Positions 44,973-55,833 of a stretch of DNA of 64,000 nucleotides are shown one piece after another. Positions within the stretch are counted from its first letter, which is position 1. Each line of letters starts with the position of its first letter. The stretch covers positions 5,472,001-5,536,000 of the forward strand of contig CAWIAD010000002.1 in the NCBI GenBank assembly GCA_963833985.1, given 5' to 3'. The notes beneath the pieces are model-generated. The model did no database searches and was not told where the DNA came from. It saw only the letters and a list, made by a program, of their open reading frames with translations. The translations under genes were made by a program, and so were the position numbers. The stretch is from an uncultured Planctomycetaceae bacterium. GTDB lineage: Bacteria > Planctomycetota > Planctomycetia > Isosphaerales > Isosphaeraceae.

Positions 44973-45761
44973 ATGAAGACAACCATACTCGACGAGATCG
45001 TTGCCGCAAAGCACCTGGAGGTCGCGGCGGCCAGCCGGCGGATGCCTCTGGAGGAACTGGAGGCCCAGGCGTCTCTTGCGGTGCCGGTCCGCGATTTTCG
45101 CGCGGCACTGGCCGGGCCAGGGCCAATCCAGCTCATTGCCGAGGTCAAGAAGGCCAGCCCGTCGGCCCAGGTCATCCGGACAGACTTCGACCCTGTCGCC
45201 ATCGCGCGGACCTACCAGCAGCATGGCGCAGCTTGCATCAGCGTCCTCACCGACGCACCTTATTTCCAGGGCCACCTGTCGCACCTGGCTCGTGTGCGGG
45301 CGTCCGTCGTGCTTCCCCTGCTCCGCAAGGACTTCCTGATCGACGAGTACCAGGTGGTCGAGGCCCGACTGGCCGGGGCCGATGCCATCTTGCTCATCGC
45401 CGAGATCCTCGATGACGCCATGATGACCGCACTGCTGGCGCGAGCGCGCGGCCTGGGCATGACGGCCCTGGTCGAGCTGCACGACCCGGAGAACCTGCCG
45501 CGCGTCCTCCGCGCGGGGGCCGACCTGGTGGGCGTCAATAATCGGGACCTCAGGCACTTCACCACCGATATCGAGCACACCCTCCGGCTGCGCGACCAGA
45601 TTCCGCCGGAGATTCTGCTCGTCAGCGAGAGCGGCATCCGGACCCGGAGGGACGTGGAGCGGCTCGAGGACGCGGGCGTCTCGGCCATCCTCGTGGGTGA
45701 GTCCCTGATGCGCGCCGGGGACGCCGGCCTGGCCATCGAGCAGCTTCTGGGCCTGGCGTGA
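44973..45761 (+). CDS. trpC: Indole-3-glycerol phosphate synthase
   Basis: IAEVKKASPS, ISVLTD, LRKDF, GADAILLI, GVNNRDL, VSESGI. Confidence 0.97.
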   Translation: MKTTILDEIVAAKHLEVAAASRRMPLEELEAQASLAVPVRDFRAALAGPGPIQLIAEVKKASPSAQVIRTDFDPVAIARTYQQHGAACISVLTDAPYFQGHLSHLARVRASVVLPLLRKDFLIDEYQVVEARLAGADAILLIAEILDDAMMTALLARARGLGMTALVELHDPENLPRVLRAGADLVGVNNRDLRHFTTDIEHTLRLRDQIPPEILLVSESGIRTRRDVERLEDAGVSAILVGESLMRAGDAGLAIEQLLGLA

Positions 45762-45797
45762 CCTGTGGTGGGCAGGATGGAGCCAGGGCTTGCCGCC

Positions 45798-48230
45798 TCA
45801 GGGATGTGCGGGGGCGGTTTCGGGCGGCAAAGGGATGACTGGTTTCTTGATCACCCGGATGGCGTCGTTCCCCTCGGTGATCTCGACCGCGGTGTCAATG
45901 GGGACGTCGCGGAAGGTCTGGCGCAGGCCGCTGGCCGGCCAGTGCACTTGCAGGCTGGCCACCGACCGGGCCTGTCCCAGGCCAATGGTCGTTGCCAGGC
46001 TATTACCGCCGAAGCTCGAACCGTTGCCGATGACCCGGTAGCGTGACTCGCTCTTGCCGTCGGGCATCCTCAGGTCCGCGCGCAGCTCGCTGCCGATGGC
46101 GGCGCGGTTCGATCTGGTGCCGACCAGCTTCACGTTCAGCCAGTGGTTCCCCTGCCCCGGGTTCTGGAAGAGTACGTTGTGCGCCTTGTCGCCGGGCGTG
46201 GCACCGCCGGCCGCCAGGAAGATATCGACGTCGCCGTCGCAATCCCAGTCTGCCAGCGAGATTCCATGCCCCTTTTGCAGGTGCCCGGTCCCGCTGGAAA
46301 GCGTCACGTCCTCGAAGCGCTTGCCGCCCACGTTCCGCATGAGGACGTTCGGCACCACGTAAAAGCACGCCGGTTCGCCGGTACCCAGGTACATGTCCAG
46401 ATAACCATCGTTGTCGATGTCGCCGAAGTTTGACCCCATGACCACCCAGACGCGGTCGAGGCCAGCTTCCCGCGTGACGTCGCGAAATCCGGCAGGCCCT
46501 TCGTTGTGGTAGAGGCGGGGCCGCTCGCCCCTGGTCGGCTCGCCCAGGTGGCTGCGCACAATGTCGCAGAGCGTCGCCGCGAAACCGGCCACGAAGATGT
46601 CTTGGCGGCCATCGTTGTCGTAGTCGAAGAACCAGCAGGAAAAACTCTTCAGGGGCTCGTTGACCTTCAGTTGCACTGCCACGTCGCTGAAGGTGCCGTC
46701 GCCATTGTTGTGGTACAGCCGGTTCTCCTGGCCGGAATTCGAGACGTACAGGTCCGGCCGGCCGTCGCCGTCGTAGTCGCCCCACGCCGCCCCCTTGGCG
46801 CGGCGATCGTTGCGCACACCCGCAGAATCTGCCACATCGCTGAAGGTGCCGTTGCCGTTGTTGTGGTACAGCCGGCACAGGTTGCGGGGATCGGCAGTCC
46901 CCTTGTAGCTGTAGGAGCCGGTGGCGGCCTCGCCATTCGGCACCGTGTATTCGCCGCACACGAAAACGTCCACGTACCCGTCCAGGTCGTAATCCACCCA
47001 TGCCGCGGACTGGCAGGCAATGGGCGTGTCCATGCCGCAGGCGGCCGTCACGTCCGTGAAGACTCCCTGGCCGTTGTTGCGCAGCAGCGACATCCGGAAC
47101 GGCTTCTCCCAGCCCCCGCGCACCAGCAGCACGTCCAGGTCGCCATCGTTGTCGTAGTCGGCCTGGTTGCAGTTCAGCGCGGCAACCTGGTTCTCCAGAC
47201 CGGCCTGTTTGGTGCGTTCCTCGAACAGACCGGTGCCCTTGTTCACGAACAGCCGGGCGCAGTCTTCCGGGTCGGACGTCGAGGTGAAAAGATCGATCAG
47301 GCCGTCACCGGTGAAGTCGTCGGTGATGCTGCCGCCGGCCATGTTCTCCATGGGATCCAGGCCCACACGCGCAGCCACGTTGGCGAACCGGCCCACTTCG
47401 GTCGCGGAACGGAACGGCTCCAGTGGAATCCGCAAGGCCGGGGGAACGCCCTGGGGGTACTCGCCCAGCGTCATCGCGGCGATGTTCAGGAGCCAGCGGA
47501 CCCCGATATCCTCGGGCCGGACTTCCAGGTACCTGGTGAATCGGGTCAGCGCCTCGCGCGAGCCGACGGTCCTCTGGTGAATGGCGGCTGCCCTGAGGGG
47601 GAAGATGCAGCTATCCTCGTTCCGGCAGGCCACGCAATTCTCGACCTCGCCCCGGCGCAGGGCCGTTACACCCAGCAGCGCCTCGTAGTTGGCGCGGAGC
47701 AGGGCGCTCGGGTTCACTTCCGCGTCGCGCGCCGCCTCGAACTCCCGCTTGGCGTCGTCGAACTTGCCGTCGTACATGTAGAGCCCGCCGATCGCCAGGT
47801 GCAACTGGGTGATCTGCAAGACGCTATCGGCATCGTCCGCGGGAACCCTGGCCAGGACCTGCTTGAGATACTGAATCCCCCGGCTGGCCCGTCTGCCGAC
47901 GTTGGAGCGCAGCTCCTGGAGCGAGCCCGGATCGCTCGGCTCGTTCGTGAACATGACTCCGAAGAAGTAGCCGCTGTCGTCAAACCAGCCATCGCCGTAG
48001 AGGATCGGCGTTCCGTCCTGGTTCACGTTCCAGGGCTGCCGCCCCGCTTTCTGCACACGTGGCTGGGCCTTGCGCGTGGCCGGGTTGCCTGCCGCTACGG
48101 TACGCGGCCTGCTCCCGGATCGCCCTCCACCGGCCAGGTCGGTCAGAAGGAATGAGATCCCGCCGGCCGCGGCCAGAATCACCAGCAGGACCGCGCCGGC
48201 CCTGGTCGCCAGCTTCACGCGGTTTGCCAT
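45798..48230 (-). CDS. CRTAC1-family protein (TM anchor, TPR-like helices, FG-GAP/VCBS repeats, ASPIC/UnbV)
   Basis: Repeated DYDNDGxxD and LYHNNGxGTFxDV; GNHWLNVKLVGTRSNRAAIG...GLGQA...VHWP. Confidence 0.9.
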   Translation of the reverse strand: MANRVKLATRAGAVLLVILAAAGGISFLLTDLAGGGRSGSRPRTVAAGNPATRKAQPRVQKAGRQPWNVNQDGTPILYGDGWFDDSGYFFGVMFTNEPSDPGSLQELRSNVGRRASRGIQYLKQVLARVPADDADSVLQITQLHLAIGGLYMYDGKFDDAKREFEAARDAEVNPSALLRANYEALLGVTALRRGEVENCVACRNEDSCIFPLRAAAIHQRTVGSREALTRFTRYLEVRPEDIGVRWLLNIAAMTLGEYPQGVPPALRIPLEPFRSATEVGRFANVAARVGLDPMENMAGGSITDDFTGDGLIDLFTSTSDPEDCARLFVNKGTGLFEERTKQAGLENQVAALNCNQADYDNDGDLDVLLVRGGWEKPFRMSLLRNNGQGVFTDVTAACGMDTPIACQSAAWVDYDLDGYVDVFVCGEYTVPNGEAATGSYSYKGTADPRNLCRLYHNNGNGTFSDVADSAGVRNDRRAKGAAWGDYDGDGRPDLYVSNSGQENRLYHNNGDGTFSDVAVQLKVNEPLKSFSCWFFDYDNDGRQDIFVAGFAATLCDIVRSHLGEPTRGERPRLYHNEGPAGFRDVTREAGLDRVWVVMGSNFGDIDNDGYLDMYLGTGEPACFYVVPNVLMRNVGGKRFEDVTLSSGTGHLQKGHGISLADWDCDGDVDIFLAAGGATPGDKAHNVLFQNPGQGNHWLNVKLVGTRSNRAAIGSELRADLRMPDGKSESRYRVIGNGSSFGGNSLATTIGLGQARSVASLQVHWPASGLRQTFRDVPIDTAVEITEGNDAIRVIKKPVIPLPPETAPAHP

Positions 48231-48366
48231 ATCGTCACCTCCGTCATCGAGGGCGCGAAATCGTTTCCCGGCACCGGCAAGCGGCCGGACCGTGAAACCT
48301 TGGCTGCTGCTTGCCATTCTTGCCTGTCCCGCAGAGCAGGACCAGACATCACTCGATCCTGGATGC

Positions 48367-50343
48367 TCATGGGCGCCCCGCATGGCCTGGCTCGCGGTGC
48401 ACCCGGATGAAATGATCGGTGAACGGCGAGTGGGGTACAACGCCCTGGACGCTGGGCATGTGGCAGGAGATGCAGCCGGTTTCCGGGTTCACAGGGCAGA
48501 CCGTGGCGTGCGGGGCGTCGGCCAGTGCCGATCGGCGCAGCCGCTTCCTGGCGGCCCGGGGAGCCTCTGCCTCCGCCGACGTTCCGCTGGAATGGCACAT
48601 GAGGCATTTCGACTCGTAGTGCGACATCGTCGTGGAAACGTTGCGGTGCGGGTCGTGGCAGGTGGCGCAATCGAGCTGGTCGCGGCTTTCGGTGTAACAC
48701 CGGCTCCAGGTGAGTGTGGTTCCCTGGAAGCGGACCGAGCCGGGATCTTCCGGCACGACGGCCTTGCCGCGTGGGCTGTGGCACTGGGCACAGATCTTCA
48801 CCACGCTGGCTCCGGTTGCCAGGGTGGGACGGGCGATCGCCAGGTCAGGCAGCTTGGCGGCCACGGCCAGCAGGTGGTTTCCGCCCGGCCCATGGCATTT
48901 CTCGCAGCCAATGCCGTGGTCGGCCGCCTCGGGGCCCGCGGTCTCAAGATGGGCCCGGGGATTGGTCACATGGCAGGTGAAGCAGCGCCTCACGCCATCA
49001 CCCGTCAAGGGCATGCCCAGGAACTCGTGGTCCCTGGCCGGATGCGGCGCATGCCCGCTGGTGACGTCCCAGGTGCACTCCGGCGTCTTCTCGTGGTAGA
49101 TCGACAGCCGCAGCTCGTACATCTGACCCGAGGAATCATGCCCGACCAGCGTCTTGCCCCGGTCACCCGAGCCGAAGGCGTAATCCACCACGGCCTCGTA
49201 AAGCCGCTTCGACGTACGCGTCTGCTGCTCGATCGCCGCGCCGGCCCGCTTGATCGTGTGCACAACCGCGGCGTCTACCGGGTCGGGCAGGCCGGGGGGC
49301 GGCGTGGCCAGGTCTCCCAGCTCGGAGACGCCATGATAGGTCCGTGCATGCCGTGAGTTCTGCTGCGCCTGGAACTGCTCGGCATGGCATGGCGCGCAGC
49401 GTTTCGCGCCCACGTACGGAGCAGGGTCCGCCAGCACCGGGTTCGCTTCAGCGAAGGCGGCCGCCTGTTTGGAGGCGGTGGCGGCCCCGGGGATGTTCCC
49501 TGCTTGCAGGAACGCACGGCTCAGGAGCCATGAGGCCTCGGCGTCCGGGCCGCCGGCGAGCAGGGCTTGCAACAGCTCGCGCGCCTCGTTAGGCCGCCGA
49601 GCCTGGAGCAAGGCGCGGGCAAGCTGCTTGCGGAGCGCAGCGGGCGACAGCGGGGGCAGCTCCTCACCCGGTGGTCCCTGGAGCTTTGCTTCCTGCTCGA
49701 GGGCGCGCTTCCACTCATCCGCGGCACCCGCGGGATCGTTCCGCGCAGACTGGATCCTGCCCAGGAGCTCGAAGGGCGCGGGCCTGCCATTCCGGTTGCC
49801 GGGCCAGCCGGAGCGCCAGATCGGTGGCCAGGACGAACCGCTCCAGCTTGAGATGCGCGGAGATCATCTCGTGGAGGATCCGCGGGTGGTCCGGATCGGC
49901 CTTCAGACCCTGCTGCCAGACCTCGGTGCTGCCCTTGTCATTGCCAGTGCGGGCCAGGGCCACACCCAGAAGGTAGAGATCGTCGGCCAGCATCGAGTGG
50001 CTGCCGAGGCGCTCAAAGAGCGACATCGCCGAGGCGTCGCGGCCGAGCTGGACGGATGACCGGGCCAGCAGCCGCACGGCGTTCAGGTCCTGCGGCAGCG
50101 CCTTGAGCCGCTCTCGCGCCAGGTTGGAGGCCGCCTCGTAGTCGCCTCGCGCGTAGGCCTGCGCGCTGCCGCCAAAGGGTCTGTGCCGTGGCCGCCGTGG
50201 AGATACCAGAGCCCGGCACCCGCCACGAGCAGGCCCAGCCCGAGGGCCGGCATGACCCACAGTGCCCAGCGCCACGAGTGTTGCCGCTGGTGCTCGATCG
50301 CAGTTGCCGGACCGGCCGGATTGGTTCCCCTTGCGCGGTTCAC
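48367..50343 (-). CDS. Membrane-anchored TPR + multiheme (7 CxxCH) cytochrome c (frameshifts ~50170, ~49780, ~49600)
   Basis: CAPCH, CFTCH, CEKCH, CAQCH, CATCH, CLMCH, CISCH; upstream ORF pieces give TM and TPRs. Confidence 0.85.
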
Positions 50344-50364
50344 CCCGCGTCCCCCTTTGTGCGT

Positions 50365-51672
50365 TTACAACCTGTCGGCAAGGCGGTTCCAGGCGTCCGC
50401 CAGGCGGGCCCAGCCCAGAGTGTCGCAGACCCCCGCCAATCGTCGCATGGCATGGGGCAGGTCCGGGTTGCTCGGTTTCTGGTTCTCACGCGCTTCCTGG
50501 GCCACGAGGAGCTCACCAAAGGCCGAGCGCAGCTCGCCCCGCGCCTCGCGCAGCTGATCGGCCTTCTTGCGGTGTTCGGCGGCCAGCGGACGGTGCCCGA
50601 GCCGTTCCTCCACCATCGCCAGCCGGTAATGTGAGGCCATCACGTACGGGTTTCGCTCCAGGGCCCGGCGATAGTCCTCGGCCGCGCCGGCCCAGTCACC
50701 GGCTTTCTCCTTGAGCAGCCCACGGAATCGCCAGACTTCTGACTCGCTCTCGGCCGCGACGGGAACCCTGGCCATGAGCGCCGCCCAGGCGTCCTGATCG
50801 CCCGAGTCATAGAGCATGGTCAGGTAGTCGCGCCAGACCCGTGGATCGTCGGGACGGCCGGCCAGACAGGCACGGTACTCACGCTCGGCCTCTTCCTTGT
50901 GGCCCAGGGCCAGCTGGGCGTGTGCCAGCGCCCGGCGCGCTTCCCAGTCCGTCGGATCCGCGGCGACATAGCTTTCCAGCTTGTCGATGGCCGCCTCCGG
51001 GGCAATTCGCTCCAGCTCGCTCTTGACGCGCATCCCCAGCAGGCCGAGATGGTCGGCCGGATCGACGCGCTCGTAGGTTTCCCAGATCACCGCTGCCGCG
51101 TCTTCCCAGCGGTTCTCCACCGCATAAAGGCCGAGAAGCTGCTGGCTTGACACGTTCATCACGTCGATCGGGCTGGGATGGAGCGGATCGTCCTTGACCA
51201 CGGCCAGCCAGCAGGCTTCAGCGTCCTTTGCCCGGTTGGCCATGAGGTACGCCTGCCCCTCATGAAACATGGCCTCGGCCTTGGTGAGCCACCATGAGGG
51301 AACCTCGTGCAACTCCCGCGCACAGCCCAGCATGTCACCCCTGGCACCCAGCGCCCGGGCCAGCAGCAGGCGGACCTCAGTGTCATGAGGGGAACGCCGC
51401 AGCCGTGCGCGAAGTGCCGCTTCGGCCTGATCGTACTGCTCACGGCCCATCATGGCCTCGATGGCCCGGTTGTCCGGAAGCGGCCGGGTGTCGTACCAGT
51501 ACCACCAGACATTGAAGCCGGCCAGGCCCGTGCAGCCGAGCAGGGACAGTGCGGAGATCCAGGACCAGAGGCGACGGCGACGACGCTGGTGCACAGAGAC
51601 CCTGGTGGTCTCGGCTGGCACAGGGTTCGCGGTGTGGGATGACGGAGTGTCGTGAGGAGCTTCGGTGATCAT
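50365..51672 (-). CDS. Membrane-anchored TPR protein
   Basis: RRRRR then TM, then TPR helices (AEDYRRALERNP...HYRLA). Confidence 0.85.
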   Translation of the reverse strand: MITEAPHDTPSSHTANPVPAETTRVSVHQRRRRRLWSWISALSLLGCTGLAGFNVWWYWYDTRPLPDNRAIEAMMGREQYDQAEAALRARLRRSPHDTEVRLLLARALGARGDMLGCARELHEVPSWWLTKAEAMFHEGQAYLMANRAKDAEACWLAVVKDDPLHPSPIDVMNVSSQQLLGLYAVENRWEDAAAVIWETYERVDPADHLGLLGMRVKSELERIAPEAAIDKLESYVAADPTDWEARRALAHAQLALGHKEEAEREYRACLAGRPDDPRVWRDYLTMLYDSGDQDAWAALMARVPVAAESESEVWRFRGLLKEKAGDWAGAAEDYRRALERNPYVMASHYRLAMVEERLGHRPLAAEHRKKADQLREARGELRSAFGELLVAQEARENQKPSNPDLPHAMRRLAGVCDTLGWARLADAWNRLADRL

Positions 51673-51735
51673 GACGGATCGATCGCGGAGATTGGAAACC
51701 GGCCGCTGGCCCCTGTGCACGACCCTCTTTTCATG

Positions 51736-52979
51736 TTACTTGAGCCGCGCCAGGGCAGCAAGGCTGAGCGCATCGTCGGGGTTGTCGCGCAGCACCAGGC
51801 GATGCCAGGCCCGCGCCTCGTCATACCGGCCCAGCTGCTCCCTGAGCGTGGCGATCTCCTGGTACAGCTCCGGGTGCGGCTCGATCCCCAGCGTTCTGGT
51901 TTCCTTCGCCTTGTTGTAAGCGGCCCGCATTGCCTTGAACGCGGTCTGAAACGTTGTCAGCGTCGCGTCCACCGCGCGGAAATCGGCGTTCTCGCCCAGT
52001 GGCGCAGGGCCATCCGCAGCCGGTAAAGCACCACGCCGTTGTACGGCTCGAAAGCGACGGCGCGGCGGTAGGCCGCGATCGCCCTGGGCCACTCGCGCCG
52101 GCCCTGGGCAACCGTCCCTTCATGCTTGGCAAACCGGGGGTCGGCACGCAACGACTGGGGCAACCGCTGGAACTCCTCGCGCAACTGGTCGGGCCGAAAG
52201 CCGTCGTCCAGGCCGGTCAGCCAGCTATCCCAGGCAATTGCCGAGCCGGGGTGGTGATCCAGTACCGTGCGCAGGACCTCGAGCCCCTGGTCGGCCTGGC
52301 TGTCGTGAATGAACGCCAGGCCCAGCGCCGCTCCCAGCGGCAGGTTGTCGGGATGCTCCCTCCAGACCGGCTCGAACACCTGAACCTGCGACCCCGGCGC
52401 GATCTTGTCGATGTCGATCCGTGTCATCTCCAGGAGCAGCCGCGCCTGGTCGCGCGGGTCCGGCTCGTGCTCGTAGAGCCGCATTCCCAGCCGGTGGGCC
52501 TCCTCTTGCCGGCCCTCGAAATCAAGCAGGTCCAGCAGCGCCCAGCCAGCCTCTGGAACCGCCGGGTCAAGCTTCAGGGCCTCGTTCCAGGACTGCTCGG
52601 CAAGGTCGTAGCGCTTTTGCTGGTAGTGCGCCTTGCCCTCCGAGAACTGCACAATGGCTGCTTCCTGGGGCGATCGGGGCTGAATGCGCCGCAGGTGGTC
52701 GAGGGCGAGCTCAGGCTTGGGATCAGGGCGGTCCATCGCGAACTGGGCCATCAGCAGATGACCGCGCTGGTCCTCGGGAAGCGCCCGCAGGTAGCGGGAG
52801 AGCAGCTTCTCGGCCTCGTCGAACTCGTGTTTCCGCGCCAGAGCGCAAATCACATCCAGATCCGGTATCGATTGCGGCCCGCGCCAGAGTGCCACAGCGC
52901 CCGCGGCTACCAGCAGGAACAAGCCCGTGAGAATGACCCAGAATGGACTGAAGAATCGCCGCATCATTGCCGTCACCAT
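51736..52979 (-). CDS. Membrane-anchored TPR protein (frameshift ~52000)
   Basis: N-terminal TM, TPRs; ORFs 51957..52979 and 51736..52092 join. Confidence 0.85.
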
Positions 52980-53098
52980 GCCAGCGCCAGCGGGCTGGCC
53001 AATGTTCCTGTGATATCTGACGGCTCTTGCCGCCGGTCAAGAAAAACGCGATCTTCAACCTTGAGCCTGCACTCGCCGCAGAACCCCCGGAATCTCCG

Positions 53099-54430
53099 AT
53101 GGACCTGATCTCCCGACCGCGTGCTCGCACCGCGCTGTGGAACCGACGCAGCCTCATGGCCGCCCTTTGCTTGATTGTAACCTTTGCCGTGGCGGCTGCG
53201 GCTGCCTTCTGGCTTTTTTCGCGATATCAGGATCAGCGTGACGCCGCGGCCGTGCGCCGGGCGCTCGCGGAAAAGCGGCTCGACGAGGCCGAACACCTGC
53301 TCGAGCGCTGGATCCAGCGTCGGCCTGGAGCTGCTCAGGCATACAGCCTGAAGGCGCGGCTGGCCTGGGCCCGCCAGGACTTTCCCGCGGTCCAGGAGGC
53401 CCTGACCCGGGCACGGGCGCTGGGCATTCCCCTGAAGGAGCTCGGCGGCCTGCGCGGCCTCTTGATGGCCAAGGCCAATCAGAATGCCGAGGCTGAGCCC
53501 CTGCTGCTGGAAGCCGCCGAGACCTCGGCACGAATTGACCCTGATGTGGCCCTGGCATTGACCCGCCTTTACCTGGGCGAGTTCCGCCTCGGGGGAGCGG
53601 CCATGATCATCGACCGCTGGATGCGCGACTGGCCCGACGATGCCCGGCCCTATTTCCTGAAAACCGAGATCGATTCCCGCAACGGTGGCACGGCAGAAGA
53701 GCTCATCGTGCTCTACCAGGCCGCGCTGGAGCGTGATCCTGATTACGACGAGGCCCGGCTGCGGCTTGCCGACACGCTGCGGTTGAACCACCGCAACGAA
53801 GAGGCGGCCAGGGAATACGCCCGTTACCTGGAGCATAGACCCGACGACGCGATGGCTCACCTGGGTGCGGGCCAGAACGCGCTGGACCTGCAAGACCCGG
53901 TGGCCGCCATGACTCACCTGGACCGGGCACTGGCACTGGCACCGCGCGATCCCGTGATCCTGGGCGCCAGAGCCGCCGTGGAGATTCGCCTGGGACACCT
54001 GGACGCCGCGCTGCACGACCTGAACCAGGCCGTTGCGGCCGACCCGTTCGATTATGGCAACCGCTACCAGCGCATGCTGCTCCTGGGCCGGCTGGGCAAG
54101 CCGGCCGAGGCCGAGACCGAACGGCAAGCAATCGACCAGATCCGCCGCGACGTCTCCGAGTTTGCGGACCTTGGCCGCAAGCTCGAGCACGACCCCAAGA
54201 ACATGCAGCTCCGCAGCAAGGCGGCCCGCTGGCTGATGGACCATGGACACGAGGGCGAGGCCGTGGACTGGGCCAAACTGGTGCTCCGCACCGTTCCGTC
54301 CGACCCCGCGATGAACCGGATGCTCGCGGATTACTATCGCCGGCAGGGCAACTTCGGCCTGGCCAACTTTCATGAGGCCCACGCGGCGTCCGCACTCATC
54401 CAGAAGAATCAGGCCCCGTCGGTTCCTTGA
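53099..54430 (+). CDS. Membrane-anchored TPR protein, divergent orientation
   Basis: TM then TPRs (YQAALERDPDYDEARLRLA). Confidence 0.85.
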   Translation: MDLISRPRARTALWNRRSLMAALCLIVTFAVAAAAAFWLFSRYQDQRDAAAVRRALAEKRLDEAEHLLERWIQRRPGAAQAYSLKARLAWARQDFPAVQEALTRARALGIPLKELGGLRGLLMAKANQNAEAEPLLLEAAETSARIDPDVALALTRLYLGEFRLGGAAMIIDRWMRDWPDDARPYFLKTEIDSRNGGTAEELIVLYQAALERDPDYDEARLRLADTLRLNHRNEEAAREYARYLEHRPDDAMAHLGAGQNALDLQDPVAAMTHLDRALALAPRDPVILGARAAVEIRLGHLDAALHDLNQAVAADPFDYGNRYQRMLLLGRLGKPAEAETERQAIDQIRRDVSEFADLGRKLEHDPKNMQLRSKAARWLMDHGHEGEAVDWAKLVLRTVPSDPAMNRMLADYYRRQGNFGLANFHEAHAASALIQKNQAPSVP

Positions 54431-54554
54431 CGCGCCGGACCCTGTCTCTCTGCTAAATAGATCCTCGCCTCTTGGAATGTGGGCCAGCCGCCCTCGGCTG
54501 GCTCAGGACGGCCGAGGGCGGCCGTTCCACACTTTCCCTCTTACGGGGAGCTAT

Positions 54555-55643
54555 TTAGAGTGCGTAAGCAGGCCAGGGGTCCTTGGGGTTGCGGGCGGGA
54601 CGGATGCGCTCGCGCAGTTCGCTGATGGTTCGGTCCACCCGGTCCGCGTTGTCGCGCTGGCCCAGCAGCCGGTAGGCGGTGACCAGGGCATGCAGGACGT
54701 CGAGCTGGCGGGGAGCGAGCTGGCGGGCCCTTTCCAGGTGTTGCCGCGCGGCATCCAGCCTGTGCCGCTGAAGCTCGATCTTGCCAAGGTTGTAATGCGG
54801 CAGGTAACTGCCGGGTTCCCACTCGGCGGCCTGGCGAAAGCAGCGCTCGGCGTCATCGAGCGACCCTTGCTGCATGTAGGCTCTGCCCAGCGTATTGATC
54901 AGCGGGGCGTTCGGGTTCTCGCTCAGGACCCGGTTCAGGTAGCGGCCCGCTTCCTCGGTACGGCCCATCTTGATCAGGTCTTCCGCCAGGTAGCTCCAGA
55001 AGACATCCTGCGGCAGTGGCATCTCCTTCAGGCTAGGATCCACCTCCAGCACATGCTCAAAGGCGGCGATGGCGCCCTCCCGGTTCTTGTCGTTGTGGGC
55101 CACCACCCCGCGGAGCGTGTAGCCGAGCGAAGCCCCGCCCGGACTCTGGATCAGCCGCTCGGCCAGGGCCTCGAGCTGCGGAAAATTGTTCTCGGTGAGC
55201 ATGACTGCGGCGAGCCGGCGCAGGGCCGTCACGTTCTCGGGCCAGCGCGCGAGAATTTGTTCATAAGCCTGGATGGCCTGCTGGCGATGGTTGCCTCGCA
55301 CCAGTCCATAGGCGCGAATCTGCTGGGCCGTCAGGTCCAGCGCCCGGCGCGGCGGTAATAGGGCTCAGCGTCGGCAGCAAAATCCAGGCGGCTGAGGCAC
55401 TGGGCCGACAGGAGCGCGGCGTCGCGGCTCCAGGGTCTGCGTCCCAGGTGGTCCAGAGAATCACGCAGGCAGGAGGTCAGCTCCCCGCGCATAGGCGTGC
55501 TGTGCCTGGGCCAGCAGGTCGGAACGGGTCACGTTCCATGCCGTCAGGGCCAGCAGTCCCACAAGCAGCACCAGGCCGCTGAAGAGGACGCCTGCCCGCC
55601 CTGGTCCGGATCGCCGCGGGAAAGGTGCAGGAATTTGCGTCAT
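54555..55643 (-). CDS. Membrane-anchored TPR protein (frameshifts ~55470 and ~55300-55350)
   Basis: ORFs 55461..55643 (TM), 55261..55464 and 54555..55301 (TPRs) chain. Confidence 0.8.
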
Positions 55644-55833
55644 GAAGGTTCTATCATGTCAAAGAGGGCCGAGAGACGCGGTACAGGCCCGGGCGGCATC
55701 CGCATTTGCAACGGGCTTGAAAGTGACATGGGCATGGGCATGGGCATGGAACGCCAAGAGCCTCCGGCGGGAGGACCCGGCCGGAGGCTCTGCTGCGGGA
55801 ACAACGAGAAAGCGTAACCGGTCCGGTGCACAC

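Noticed and set aside
55727..55749. (CATGGG)x4 microsatellite, or HAHAHAH/MPMPMP micro-ORF
   Set aside because: Too short; no RBS or coding support
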